From an uncultured Planctomycetota bacterium (GTDB taxonomy: Bacteria; Planctomycetota; Planctomycetia; Isosphaerales; Isosphaeraceae), in contig CAWJTV010000042.1 in the NCBI GenBank assembly GCA_963845755.1, positions 64,001 through 128,000 of the forward strand: a stretch of DNA of 64,000 nucleotides, in the 5' to 3' direction. A program made the translations under genes and the position numbers. The notes beneath the pieces are model-generated. The model made no database searches. It was given only the letters and a program-made list of their open reading frames with translations, and was not told the DNA's origin. Positions 50,622-60,330 of this stretch are shown here, piece by piece; position 1 is the first letter of the stretch; every line of letters starts with the position of its first letter.

Positions 50622-51686
50622 TCAGGTCAGTGCCCCTTCCCCTGGCTCGATGCTATAGACCGAGCGCAACAGTTGAGAATACTTCTCGTAGAACCGTTCG
50701 ACATATCTCCGGTTCTTCTCGTCTTCCGGGGGGATCAGTTGCACCTGGCCTTCGGTCCGGCCTTCTCCCCTGGCCTGGATTTCCTTGCAGGCCTCGAGGA
50801 CCACCGTACGCAGGAATCGCATGAACCGGAACTCCAGCGTCAGGTAGCGCGGGTAGACGAGCATCCCCCCGAACCGTGCACCGGGGAGGCTGATCGTCAT
50901 CCGCGCCTTGAGCTCGCGGTCGTGGGTCCAGCCGATCATGCTCAAACTGACCCCGGGCATCCACATCGGCGATCGGGTGACGTAGCACTGGTCGAGCCGC
51001 TCATGGAGGATCCGATCCGCGTCGACGGCGCTCAACTTCGGCTGGCCTTCCACTTCTCCGCGCACCATCCAGCCCTTGAGCTGGGCGCGAAAGGCCGCGA
51101 TCTCCTCGATGGCATGCTTCTGATAGACCAACTGCCCGTAACTCCAGGTATCCCGATAGTACGAAACCCCTTCCTCGTTCGGGCGAATGTAGAGGCATAA
51201 CGTTCCCTTGACGAGCGACTTGGCGATGGCCACGGCGATCGCATGACCCTCGGGCGTGTTCTCGAACTCGTAAGGCGTGTTCGTGGGCGCCGTGAAGGCA
51301 TAGAAGCAGTTTTCGCCGAGCGTGTTGAGCACGCGTAGAGTGTGGCCGGCATAACGGGTGAACGTCTTCTCCGCGACCCGATATTCATGGTTGATCCGTC
51401 GCAGCGCCTCCTCGGTGGGATGCGACTCCGACTTGGCCGGACTCCGGCTTTCGATCAGCTCAACCCCGAGTTGTCCGGCGGACTCTTCATCCAGGCCCTG
51501 CCAATGCAGCAGGTCTCCGAGCTGCTCCAGGGAAGCGCGTCGAAACTGGTTCCGTTGTTTCCATGAGGAGAAGGTCTGGATCGGCACGTTGAGTCGTCGT
51601 GCCAGCCACGACTCGTTCTTGCCGACCTCGGCGAGTCGACGGAGAACTTCCCTCCAGAACACGTTGCGTCCATCAGGGATGCTCAC
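50622..51686 (-). CDS. Hypothetical protein: N-terminal XRE/Cro-like HTH plus unrecognised C-terminal domain
   Basis: KNESWLARRLNVPIQTFSSWK helix-turn-helix pattern; 354 aa intact ORF; GGAG RBS. Confidence 0.75.
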   Translation of the reverse strand: MSIPDGRNVFWREVLRRLAEVGKNESWLARRLNVPIQTFSSWKQRNQFRRASLEQLGDLLHWQGLDEESAGQLGVELIESRSPAKSESHPTEEALRRINHEYRVAEKTFTRYAGHTLRVLNTLGENCFYAFTAPTNTPYEFENTPEGHAIAVAIAKSLVKGTLCLYIRPNEEGVSYYRDTWSYGQLVYQKHAIEEIAAFRAQLKGWMVRGEVEGQPKLSAVDADRILHERLDQCYVTRSPMWMPGVSLSMIGWTHDRELKARMTISLPGARFGGMLVYPRYLTLEFRFMRFLRTVVLEACKEIQARGEGRTEGQVQLIPPEDEKNRRYVERFYEKYSQLLRSVYSIEPGEGALT

Positions 51687-51898
51687 TGTGATTCTCCGCG
51701 TAGAAGTTGCATTTTACTCAGAGTATATGCGTACATCCGCGTAAATACAACGACGACATTCCGTCGGAGTCCTCCATCTGTCCGACGATTTCGACGATTC
51801 GCCTCTGGTAAAATCGCCGGAACGCGTGACCGCATCACTTCGGTTCACGGCCCTACGAGTCGTGTCATCATCACCCCGGATCGCAGAGGAAAACCACC

Positions 51899-52126
51899 AT
51901 GCGATCAATAAAGACCGTATCTGTGTTCTGTGTGGCAGCGTTGGCCTTCGGCGCATGCATCGGTTGCGGCGATGACGGTGGCGGACAAGCCAAGCTGGCC
52001 GATCTCCCCCCACCGCCGCCCGGGAGCGTTAATCGAGCCAAGGCCCAGCCGTTGCCGAAGGCGCCGCCCAAGTTCGGTTCGCCGCCGAGATCCGAGATGG
52101 TTCCGCGCGCGAACCCGGGTTCATGA
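51899..52126 (+). CDS. Small proline-rich lipoprotein
   Basis: Signal with lipobox-like CIGC; GAGGA RBS; upstream of DUF1559 gene. Confidence 0.7.
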   Translation: MRSIKTVSVFCVAALAFGACIGCGDDGGGQAKLADLPPPPPGSVNRAKAQPLPKAPPKFGSPPRSEMVPRANPGS

Positions 52127-52326
52127 TCCCGCACGCGGTCGTTGCCCCATCTCCTTCGAGCTGCAGGATCCCTCGTCACCGACACCACCTCGTGCGCGTC
52201 GGGAGATGTGTCGGACCGACGGCGTCATCAACCGGGGAGGATCCTCGATCATTCGACCTTTCGCTTGCGCTGCGGGAGATGTCTCTTGTCGCTCATACTC
52301 ACGATAATTCGGATGGAGGTTCTGCC

Positions 52327-53460
52327 ATGCGTAACGAGATCGCAACGCTCCGGCGTCGCGGGGCGGGATTTACGTTGATCGAACTGCTCGTCGTGATCGC
52401 CATCATCGCGGTGTTAATTGCCTTGCTCCTGCCGGCGGTGCAGGCAGCCCGTGAGGCGGCCCGGCGCGCCCAGTGCACCAACAACCTGAAGCAGATCGGC
52501 CTGGCGCTGCACAATTACCACTCGGCCAACAACTGCTTCCCGCCGGGCGGCACGAACGCCAGCAACCTCCAAGGCCAGGTCGCCCAGGGGTGGGGCTGCT
52601 GGAGTGCCCAGGCGATGATGCTGCCTTACATGGAGCAGACGACCACGTACAACGCCATCAACTTCAACCTCGCGAGCGAGGATCTTGGTAGCGGCGAAGA
52701 CCTGAGCCAGACGACGGCGACCACGCGGTCGATCAGCGCGTTCCTCTGCCCCTCAAACCAGACGCAGCCCTACTCGCAATACTCTACCGTGTCGTATTAT
52801 TTCCCGGGCAACACCTATTTCGCCTCGGTCGGCTCGGGCATGAACCAGTACGGCAACAGCCCCTATGCCGAGTTGACGGTTGGCTCGGCGGCCCCCAACG
52901 GCATGTTCCAGGTCTTCGGACCGCCGATCGGCCTCCAGTCGGTGACCGACGGGACCTCGAACACGATCGCCATCGGCGAGTGGCTCACGGGCTCCAACCG
53001 GGGTACACTGACCCTTCCGCAGGATGTCGTCGTGTACGGCGCAACGCTCCCTGCCGGTGCGAGCCCCGGCTCGCCGCAGTTGCTGATGCCTGCGGGAGGC
53101 TTCGGCTTCAACGCCTGGCTCCAGCAGTGTGCCCAGCAAATCCCGGCGACGAATGCGATGGGCAACCCCTTGAATGAGCTCGGTCAAGACTGGTGCGTTG
53201 GTCTGTTCTTCCATACCCTTGGGAACATCTTGGTCGGCCCCAACCCGCCTTATCCGAATTGTGCCGCCGACATGAACGGCCTCGGCGACACCGACGACGA
53301 TTACGGCTACTTCGGATTGAGCAGCCGACATCCGGGCGGCTGCAACGTGCTGATGGCCGACGGCTCGGCGCGGTTCCTGAAGAATTCCGTGAACCAGTTG
53401 ACCCTGTGGGGCCTCGGCTCTCGGGGCCAGGGCGAGGTGATCAGCTCCGATCAGTACTGA
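52327..53460 (+). CDS. DUF1559 prepilin-type protein (H-X9-DG)
   Basis: [73 protein letters not shown]. Confidence 0.97.
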   Translation: MRNEIATLRRRGAGFTLIELLVVIAIIAVLIALLLPAVQAAREAARRAQCTNNLKQIGLALHNYHSANNCFPPGGTNASNLQGQVAQGWGCWSAQAMMLPYMEQTTTYNAINFNLASEDLGSGEDLSQTTATTRSISAFLCPSNQTQPYSQYSTVSYYFPGNTYFASVGSGMNQYGNSPYAELTVGSAAPNGMFQVFGPPIGLQSVTDGTSNTIAIGEWLTGSNRGTLTLPQDVVVYGATLPAGASPGSPQLLMPAGGFGFNAWLQQCAQQIPATNAMGNPLNELGQDWCVGLFFHTLGNILVGPNPPYPNCAADMNGLGDTDDDYGYFGLSSRHPGGCNVLMADGSARFLKNSVNQLTLWGLGSRGQGEVISSDQY

Positions 53461-53522
53461 CTCGGTCGATGTGGCGAGACATGGTTATCGGGAACGCCTC
53501 ATCGAGGAGGATCAACCCATCC

Positions 53523-54290
53523 ATGGGACCCCTTTCACGGCGCAATCTGCTGATCCGATCCGGCATGCTGGGAGGGGCGATCGCGGCCGGTCCACCGCCT
53601 TCGCCCGCCGTTGCGGCGGAGTCCGAGGGGACGCGATCGGAAGGGAAGCGGCTCAAGATGATCGTGACCGGCGGGCATCCCGGCGATCCCGAATATGGTT
53701 GCGGGGGCACCGTGGCTCGCTACACGGACCTGGGACACGAAGTCATCCTCCTCTACTTGAACAAGGGCGAGTGGCCGCCGAAGGCGGAAGGCACCGGCCG
53801 CATCGCGGAGGCCAAGGCCGCCTGCGAGATTCTCAAGGCACGACCCTTGTACGCCGGGCAGATCAACAGCCAGGCGGTCGTGGACGCGGCCCACTACGAG
53901 GCGTTCCGCAAGATCCTGGAGGCCGAGAAGCCCGACGCCGTCTTCACCCACTGGCCGATCGACAACCACGCCGACCATCGCGCGATCTCGATGCTGGTCT
54001 ATGATGCCTGGCTGAAGTTGAAGAAGCGGTTCGCCCTCTATTACTACGAGGTGTCCAGCGGCGAGGACACCGTCCAGTTCGCCCCGACTCACTACGTCGA
54101 TATCACGGCGACTGAGCCGCGCAAGCGCCGGGCCTGTTATGCCCACGCCAGCCAGACGCCCGATCGGTATTATGCCCTCCAGGATCAGGTCACCCGGCTG
54201 CGTGGGATCGAAAGCGGTCATCGGCAGGCCGAAGCGTACATCCGACATGTCCAGAGCCCCGACTTCGCCTTGCCGCTGGCGTCGTCATGA
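53523..54290 (+). CDS. PIG-L/LmbE family deacetylase with Tat signal
   Basis: LSRRNLL, GHPGDPEYGCGGT, FTHWPIDNHADH, KRRACYAHASQ. Confidence 0.9.
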   Translation: MGPLSRRNLLIRSGMLGGAIAAGPPPSPAVAAESEGTRSEGKRLKMIVTGGHPGDPEYGCGGTVARYTDLGHEVILLYLNKGEWPPKAEGTGRIAEAKAACEILKARPLYAGQINSQAVVDAAHYEAFRKILEAEKPDAVFTHWPIDNHADHRAISMLVYDAWLKLKKRFALYYYEVSSGEDTVQFAPTHYVDITATEPRKRRACYAHASQTPDRYYALQDQVTRLRGIESGHRQAEAYIRHVQSPDFALPLASS

Positions 54291-54567
54291 GGTGAATTAA
54301 GGCCAATTCCCAGTCTCTCGCGACCGAATCGCAACCACGATTCTCGATCAGTTCGGCCATGGGTTCGTCCCAACGTCCTGCGATGACCGATCGGATCGAG
54401 ACAATTGAGTATCACGGAACCGTTTGCGGTGTTCCAGCGAGTCGCTAAAGTGGAAGTCGTTCGCGATGTCACGTTGGGTCGTCCTGGTTATACTGGAGAT
54501 GCAAGGCCGAGGAATTGGGACCACGAGGATTCCCGGTCATCTCCTGGCCCGCATCAGGAACGGACCC

Positions 54568-54801
54568 ATGCCGATGATTTCGATCGATGAAGCACAGTCC
54601 AGCCTCGCCAGGCTGATCCATGGCCTGTCACCCGGCGAGGAGATCGTCATCACGGAGAACGATCGGCCCGTGGCCACGCTCACCGCGGTGAGTCCGCAGG
54701 GACGGTCGCCTCGGCCACCAGGGTTCCTCCGTGGTTCGGTGCTTTACATGGCCCCCGATTTCGACGCCCCACTCGATGATTTTCGGGAGTACATGGAATG
54801 A
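54568..54801 (+). CDS. Phd/YefM-type antitoxin (DUF2281-like C-terminus)
   Basis: ISIDEAQSSLARLI..GEEIVITENDRPVA, MAPDFDAPLDDFREY. Confidence 0.9.
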   Translation: MPMISIDEAQSSLARLIHGLSPGEEIVITENDRPVATLTAVSPQGRSPRPPGFLRGSVLYMAPDFDAPLDDFREYME

Positions 54802-55184
54802 AGCTCCTGATCGATGCCCATGCTCTGATCTGGTACGTCGATCAGGATCACTTGCTCAGCCCAACCGCCCGTGCCGCAATGACAGATCCATCGAGCGATC
54901 GACTCGTCGGTGCAGGCACGATCTGGGAAATCGCCATCAAGGTTGGACTCAAGAAACTCAGCCTCTCTCAGCCGTATCGCCGGTGGATGGAACAGGCGAT
55001 GACGGGACTCATGTTGACGATTCTGCCGATCTCGGTCGAACATGCCGACGTTCAAGCCGGCCTTTCTCGTCACCACAACGATCCATTCGATCGCCTGCTG
55101 ATAGCTCAGGCCCTAGTCGAAACGATCCAGGTCGTCAGCGCTGATGCACAGCTCGATGCGTATGGGATCAACCGGTTGTGGTAA
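54798..55184 (+). CDS. VapC PIN toxin
   Basis: LLIDAHALIW, IWEIAIK, HNDPFDRLLIAQA, VVSAD; ATGA overlap. Confidence 0.93.
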   Translation: MKLLIDAHALIWYVDQDHLLSPTARAAMTDPSSDRLVGAGTIWEIAIKVGLKKLSLSQPYRRWMEQAMTGLMLTILPISVEHADVQAGLSRHHNDPFDRLLIAQALVETIQVVSADAQLDAYGINRLW

Positions 55185-55227
55185 AACCTCCTACGACTGA
55201 CCAGAATATCGCAGGAGCCGGTGATTC

Positions 55228-56190
55228 ATGACGGCGTCCACCAGCAAGAACCGCACGCTTCGCATCGGCACCCGCGGCAGCCATCTCGCTCGCTGGCAGG
55301 CCGAGTGGGTCGCCGACCGGCTGCGGAGTTTACATCCAAGTCTGGACGTCGAACTGATCGAGATCAAAACGCAGGGGGACCGGGATCGTAACTCGCCGCT
55401 GGCCGCAATCGGTGGAATCGGACTGTTCACCAAGGAGATCCAGCGGGCCGTTCTGGAGGGGTTGGTCGACGTAGCCGTTCACAGCCTCAAGGACCTGCCG
55501 ACGCAGGGTCCGTCCGAGCTGGTCCTGGCCGCAGTGCCGACACGCGAGGATGTGGCCGATGCCCTGATCGCACCCGAGTGCAAGTCACTCGAGGCTTTGC
55601 CCGAGGGTGCACGGGTCGGCACCGGCTCGCCCCGGCGCCGGGCCCAGTTATTGTTCCGACGGCCCGACCTGGAGGTCGTGATGGTCCGGGGCAATGTCGA
55701 GACTCGTCTGAACCAGGCCCTCGATGGTCGGCTCGATGCGGTGGTCCTCGCCTGGGCGGGGCTGAGCCGGCTAGGGCTGGAAACGCACGTGACGCAACGG
55801 CTCGAACCGCCGGATTTCCTACCGGCGGTCGGGCAGGGGGCGCTGGGGATCGAGTGCCGGCGCGATGATACGGAAGTCCGGGTCGTATTGGAGTCGCTCG
55901 ACGACCCGGCCAGTCACCGCGCCGTGCGCGCCGAGCGCACCGCCCTGGCCGAGTTGGAAGGGGGCTGCATCATCCCGATGGGCGGCTGGGCAAGGGATAT
56001 CGAGGGCGCCCGAGGGGAGCCGGACTCGCCCGCGATGGCCATCGACGCCGCCGTGTTCGACCCCGACGGCCGCAATCGCCTCGCTGTGGTGCTGCACGGT
56101 CCGCGCGACCACCCCGACCGACTGGGTCAAGCCGCGGCCCAGGCGCTACGCGATCAAGGCGCCGAGTCGCTCTTGAGGAGAAGGTCGTAG
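55228..56190 (+). CDS. hemC: Hydroxymethylbilane synthase (porphobilinogen deaminase)
   Basis: IGTRGSHLARWQA, GLFTKE, AVHSLKDLP, GTGSPRR, RGNVETR, PAVGQGALG, LEGGC. Confidence 0.97.
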   Translation: MTASTSKNRTLRIGTRGSHLARWQAEWVADRLRSLHPSLDVELIEIKTQGDRDRNSPLAAIGGIGLFTKEIQRAVLEGLVDVAVHSLKDLPTQGPSELVLAAVPTREDVADALIAPECKSLEALPEGARVGTGSPRRRAQLLFRRPDLEVVMVRGNVETRLNQALDGRLDAVVLAWAGLSRLGLETHVTQRLEPPDFLPAVGQGALGIECRRDDTEVRVVLESLDDPASHRAVRAERTALAELEGGCIIPMGGWARDIEGARGEPDSPAMAIDAAVFDPDGRNRLAVVLHGPRDHPDRLGQAAAQALRDQGAESLLRRRS

Positions 56191-56224
56191 ATTCTCACGC
56201 GAGCACCGTTTCAGCGATCCTCGC

Positions 56225-56827
56225 TCATCGTGAGGGATCCAGCGGGACGTTCCAGTAGGCGTCGCTGAGGAACCGGGACCAGCTCGCGATCCGAATTCCG
56301 GTCGTGTCGTACAGGGGTTTCCAGGAGGGCCGCACCGGCACGCGACGGAGCTTCATCGCCGCCTGTTCGGGCGTCCGATTGGCCTTCTTGGCGTTGCAGG
56401 CGACGCACGCCAGCACGCAGTTCTCCCACGTCGTCTGGCCCCCTTGGGAGCGGGGGATCACGTGATCGATCGTCAGCTCCTCGGTACCCGGCTGACAGCT
56501 ACAATACTGGCAGGTGGAATGGTCGCGCTTGAACAGGTTTCGACGGCTGAAGGTGACAGTCTGGTGGCGCGCTTTATCGTGCCGGGTCAGGGCCAGTACC
56601 TCCGGCACGCGCAGATGGAACTGGACGGTCCGGATAAAAGGCTCCCCCTCGCGCGGAGCGAGTTTGGCCCAATCCGACCAGGTGTAGAGCTGAAAATCGT
56701 CCGGGTCGATCACGCATGCGGCCTGGTTCCAGAGCATGATCAACGCACGCTGCACCGGCGCGACGTGCACCGGCTGCCAGTGCCGGTTCAAGACGAGAGT
56801 CGGTCGTTGCAGCACACAGCCACTCAT
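56225..56827 (-). CDS. HNH endonuclease (McrA-like)
   Basis: TLVLN, FSRRNLFKRD..CQYC, TIDHVIPRSQGG..WENCVLACVACNAKKANRTP. Confidence 0.93.
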   Translation of the reverse strand: MSGCVLQRPTLVLNRHWQPVHVAPVQRALIMLWNQAACVIDPDDFQLYTWSDWAKLAPREGEPFIRTVQFHLRVPEVLALTRHDKARHQTVTFSRRNLFKRDHSTCQYCSCQPGTEELTIDHVIPRSQGGQTTWENCVLACVACNAKKANRTPEQAAMKLRRVPVRPSWKPLYDTTGIRIASWSRFLSDAYWNVPLDPSR

Positions 56828-57034
56828 GGGTTGCAACCTCGCGGCTCGGTCGGGTAAGGGGCCCGTTACTCGCTCCCTGGCCTGGGAGGATCAGAGCTCG
56901 ATGGCACCCTATCCTACCCGATCGCAGAGGCATGGTGCCAGGTGGGACCTGAAGTTGTTAGATTGGGTCTCTCGAACGCGGCATGAGTGATCCTGCGGAG
57001 CGGATCGAATCATCCTTGAGGCTGGGGAGCGACG

Positions 57035-58285
57035 ATGCGGGCCGAAATCATCGCGATCGGCAGCGAGTTGATCAGCGGGCAGAGCCTGGACACTAACAGC
57101 CGATGGCTGAGCCAGCAACTCGGATCGCTGGGCATCACTGTGGCGTTCCATACGACGCTGGGCGACGACCTGGCCGACCATCTGGCGGCCTTCCGGGCCG
57201 CATTCGACCGCGCCGACCTGGTCGTTATGACGGGTGGACTCGGGCCGACCCAGGACGACCTGACGCGCGACGCCCTGGCCGAGTGCGCCGGTGAGCCGCT
57301 GGTCGAAGACCCGGCATCGCTGGCGGCGATCGAGTCGATGTTCGCGCGGCGCAATCGCGTAATGGCCGATCGGAATCGCGTCCAGGCCCTGTTCCCCCGG
57401 TCCGCCGAGCCGCTGGACAACCCGATCGGCACGGCGCCCGGCATCTGGATGCGCATCGGCCGGGCGACGATCGCCTGCCTGCCCGGCGTTCCTTCCGAGA
57501 TGAAGCGGATGTTCCAGGACCAGGTCGTGCCCAGACTGCGGCGATTGGGATGGGGCGGCCGGGTGATCCTCCATCGCAAGATCAACCTCTTCGGCAAGGG
57601 GGAATCCGAGATCGAGGCCCAGGCCATGGACCTGACCAACCGGGGACGCGTCCCGGAGGTGGGGATCACCGCATCCGACGCGACCATCAGCTTCCGAATC
57701 ACGGCCGAAGCCGCGACCGAGGACGAAGCCCGTCGCCTGATCGAGCCGACCGCGGGGCTGATCTATGAGCGATTCGGCGGCCTCATCGTGGGCGAGGACA
57801 GCGATGACGTCGCCGAGGCCGTGGCCGCCCGGCTCGCGCGCACCGGCTCGACGCTCGCCACGGCGGAGTCGTGCACCGGTGGTCTGATCGCCAAGATGCT
57901 CACGGCCATCCCAGGTGTCAGCGCGTCCTACCTCGGCGGGGTCGTCACCTACGCCAACTCGGCCAAGACCGATCTCCTGGGCGTGCCTGTCGAGATGCTC
58001 GAGGCGCACGGGGCCGTTAGCCCGGAGGTGGCCGCGGCCATGGCCGCGGGCGTGCGGACGCGCCTCGGCGCGTCGGTCGGGATCAGCACCACCGGCGTCG
58101 CCGGGCCGGCCGGCGGCACGCCCGAAAAGCCCGTGGGACTGGTCTACCTCGGCCTGTCCACTGCGAAGGGGACTCAGACGCGCCGGCTGGACATGGGGCC
58201 CGAGCGACCCCGCGACTTCATCCAACTCCTGGCGTCCAAGGCCGCCCTCAACTGGGCGAGATTGACCCTCCTGGGTGAGGGTTGA
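57035..58285 (+). CDS. cinA: CinA (MoCF-like domain plus NMN deamidase PncC)
   Basis: IAIGSEL, TGGLGPTQDDLT, GTAPG, LPGVPSEM, ATAESCTGG, HGAVS, TGVAGP.GGTPEKPVG. Confidence 0.95.
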   Translation: MRAEIIAIGSELISGQSLDTNSRWLSQQLGSLGITVAFHTTLGDDLADHLAAFRAAFDRADLVVMTGGLGPTQDDLTRDALAECAGEPLVEDPASLAAIESMFARRNRVMADRNRVQALFPRSAEPLDNPIGTAPGIWMRIGRATIACLPGVPSEMKRMFQDQVVPRLRRLGWGGRVILHRKINLFGKGESEIEAQAMDLTNRGRVPEVGITASDATISFRITAEAATEDEARRLIEPTAGLIYERFGGLIVGEDSDDVAEAVAARLARTGSTLATAESCTGGLIAKMLTAIPGVSASYLGGVVTYANSAKTDLLGVPVEMLEAHGAVSPEVAAAMAAGVRTRLGASVGISTTGVAGPAGGTPEKPVGLVYLGLSTAKGTQTRRLDMGPERPRDFIQLLASKAALNWARLTLLGEG

Positions 58286-58295
58286 TCCGCGTCGA

Positions 58296-58700
58296 TCAAT
58301 TCAGCGACGGCGTCCCCTGCCTGCGGAGCGATTGGCACGAGAAGCGGGCCATCTTCGTCTCATCGGACGGGAAACGGTCCGACACAGCGACCAATCCCAC
58401 CTGGACGTCCTCGAAGAAGAAGACGCCCCCGACCCGGCCAGCGACGTTGACGGCGCCATGAATGAACCGCTGGTCCGCCAGCCGCACCAGTTGCAACGTG
58501 CAGACGATGCCGTCCTGGGGAAACATCTGAAAACCACTACGGGCAACGACCGACTCAATGAACGCGTGACTGATCGGGACTCCCAGCTTCATGAACTCCA
58601 GATCATTTCCAAAATGTTCCAGGAAGAATCCCCAGACCGGAAGCAGATCCTTGTCGTGAATGAGCTTCGTCTTCAACTCCTGCAAGCGCGAAAGATCCAT
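58296..58700 (-). CDS. Hypothetical protein
   Basis: 134 aa ORF, protein-like composition, GGGA RBS, follows 58759 gene. Confidence 0.7.
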   Translation of the reverse strand: MDLSRLQELKTKLIHDKDLLPVWGFFLEHFGNDLEFMKLGVPISHAFIESVVARSGFQMFPQDGIVCTLQLVRLADQRFIHGAVNVAGRVGGVFFFEDVQVGLVAVSDRFPSDETKMARFSCQSLRRQGTPSLN

Positions 58701-58758
58701 GAATCACCGTCCCTGGGAGGAAAAACGCGTTCGGGTCGAAGCGACGATCTCGAAGACA

Positions 58759-59604
58759 CTACCTTACACCTTCCTGGACGATCTGTTGATCGCGCACCTC
58801 CCATCCTCGCCAGATCTTCGCCGCCTGGGAGTGATGATGACGCAGCCAGATCGTGGCCTCGTCCAAGCGGCTCTCCCACTCTCGGGTCGCAGGGATCGCG
58901 CCGAGCAACCGCGTGGCCAACTCGCTGCGGGCGTCGGCGGCATGAGCGGCTTCTTCCATCTCGGCGATCATCGCCGGGTCGGAGCCGGACCGTGGCAACA
59001 ACGCCAGAGTATAAGTCGCCCAGAGACGGATCATCGGGTCCGAATGCTGCCTCAGCTCCTCGATCGGCTCGCGTGGGATATCGTACCCTCGTCCCGCGGC
59101 GTATCCCAACCGCCGCGACAGGATGAGCCGTATCCAGTCGGGCCAGCCCGGACTGCGCGCAACGAGCATCGTGAAGCTCCGAGGGTCCCGGGCGACCAAC
59201 TCCGTTGACACCGATTCGGCCAGCAGGTACCGGGCCAGGTCGGGCAGGTCTCTCCGTAGGGTCAGCGCCATCTTCTGCGTGTCGTCCAAACGCGGATTCC
59301 CGCTGAGCCGGAACGCCGCCTGGACCCGCTCTTCCTCAGGACGAGTCGTGCTGGACAGTGTGTACACGTCCGCCCAGATATCCCGGTTAGTCCAAACGCC
59401 GTAACCGAACCAGCCGATCCATGCGATCAGGAACACCAGCCCGGAGATCCCGAGATAGAAGAGTCCGCCGTATTTCTCCCGCTGACTGCGTACTGGGGCC
59501 GAGGTGGAAACGACGGCGCTGGCGTTGAGGATGGGCAGCTCCGGAAACTGCACCGGACGTCTTCCAGAGCCGTTCGACGACGGGACCTCGCGATTGTCGT
59601 TCAA
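58759..59604 (-). CDS. Single-pass membrane protein with helical-repeat C-terminus
   Basis: TM GGLFYLGISGLVFLIAWIGWFGYGVW; HEAT-like segments; TTG start with GAAGGA RBS assumed at 59604. Confidence 0.7.
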   Translation of the reverse strand: MNDNREVPSSNGSGRRPVQFPELPILNASAVVSTSAPVRSQREKYGGLFYLGISGLVFLIAWIGWFGYGVWTNRDIWADVYTLSSTTRPEEERVQAAFRLSGNPRLDDTQKMALTLRRDLPDLARYLLAESVSTELVARDPRSFTMLVARSPGWPDWIRLILSRRLGYAAGRGYDIPREPIEELRQHSDPMIRLWATYTLALLPRSGSDPAMIAEMEEAAHAADARSELATRLLGAIPATREWESRLDEATIWLRHHHSQAAKIWRGWEVRDQQIVQEGVR

Positions 59605-59632
59605 GGATCGATCCTTCAATGCCCAGGATTCT

Positions 59633-59742
59633 CGGTAGTCGGTGAGGAACTGCCATTCCGGATTGGTCACGCGCCTGGCCGACCGATAGGTATGATAATG
59701 CATGGCCATATCGAAAAGGTAGAGCAAGACGAACCTGGGCCG
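59633..59742 (-). pseudogene. Remnant of the 3' end of a radical SAM gene homologous to 12214..13773
   Basis: LYLFDMAMHYHTYRSARRVTNPEWQFLTDY versus LYIFHMAMHYHAYQLAKRVANPELQLINSY; shared ATGGCCATGCATTATCAT; TAG immediately upstream. Confidence 0.85.
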
Positions 59743-59920
59743 CTAGCCTGCGATGTCTCGGTGAGACCGCCGATCGGGATCCAGCCGCGTTTCGCTGTTC
59801 CTGTGTGCGCGACCGGGTCGCGATGGCACCTGAGCATTGGTGTTACCATACCGGCTCTTCGACCCAGGTTCCTCCAAATCCTCGCGGATCTGCGCAGAGA
59901 TTCGGGGCCAAAGAAAAAAA

Positions 59921-59950
59921 GGTTCTTCGCAGAATCGTGGAGACTCCTCG
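59921..59950 (+). repeat. Isolated ISL3-type terminal inverted repeat
   Basis: GGTTCTTCGCAGAATCGTG matches the ends of the 22458..22770 element; preceded by an A-run; followed directly by IS3. Confidence 0.7.
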
Positions 59951-60021
59951 TGTCTTGCTTCAGCCGGAAATGGAGAAACGCCACGTCCGAGTTAAGGTAG
60001 AACTCGGAAGGAGTTTCTCCC

Positions 60022-60330
60022 ATGCGGAAGCGCCGAAGGAACTATACGCTTGTCGAGAAGGTCGCCATCTTGAGGCGTCATCTGATCGACCACATCCCCG
60101 TCTCGGACCTCTGCGATGAGCACCAGCTCTCGCCCACCGTGTTCTACCTCTGGCAGAAGCCGTTCTTCGAGAACGGCCCGGCGGCCTTCGAGCGGAAGAA
60201 CGCCACGCCTGACGGCCACCTCCAGCAGACCATCGCCGCGCTGCGCGACAAGCTCCAACGCAAGAACGAGGTCGTCGCGGAATTGATGGCGGAACATATC
60301 AAACTAAAAAAAGAGCTTGGGGAGCTCTGA
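60022..60330 (+). CDS. IS3 transposase OrfA
   Basis: RRNYTLVEKVAILRRHL..VSDLCDEH HTH, leucine zipper; AAAAAAAG slippery site at 60306-60313. Confidence 0.9.
   Translation: MRKRRRNYTLVEKVAILRRHLIDHIPVSDLCDEHQLSPTVFYLWQKPFFENGPAAFERKNATPDGHLQQTIAALRDKLQRKNEVVAELMAEHIKLKKELGEL

Noticed and set aside
56225..56945. IscB/HEARO (OMEGA) system or HDV/hammerhead ribozyme
   Set aside because: The 200-aa protein has no PLMP or RuvC motifs; the leader lacks room for HDV P3/L3 and lacks the CUGAnGA...GAAA core
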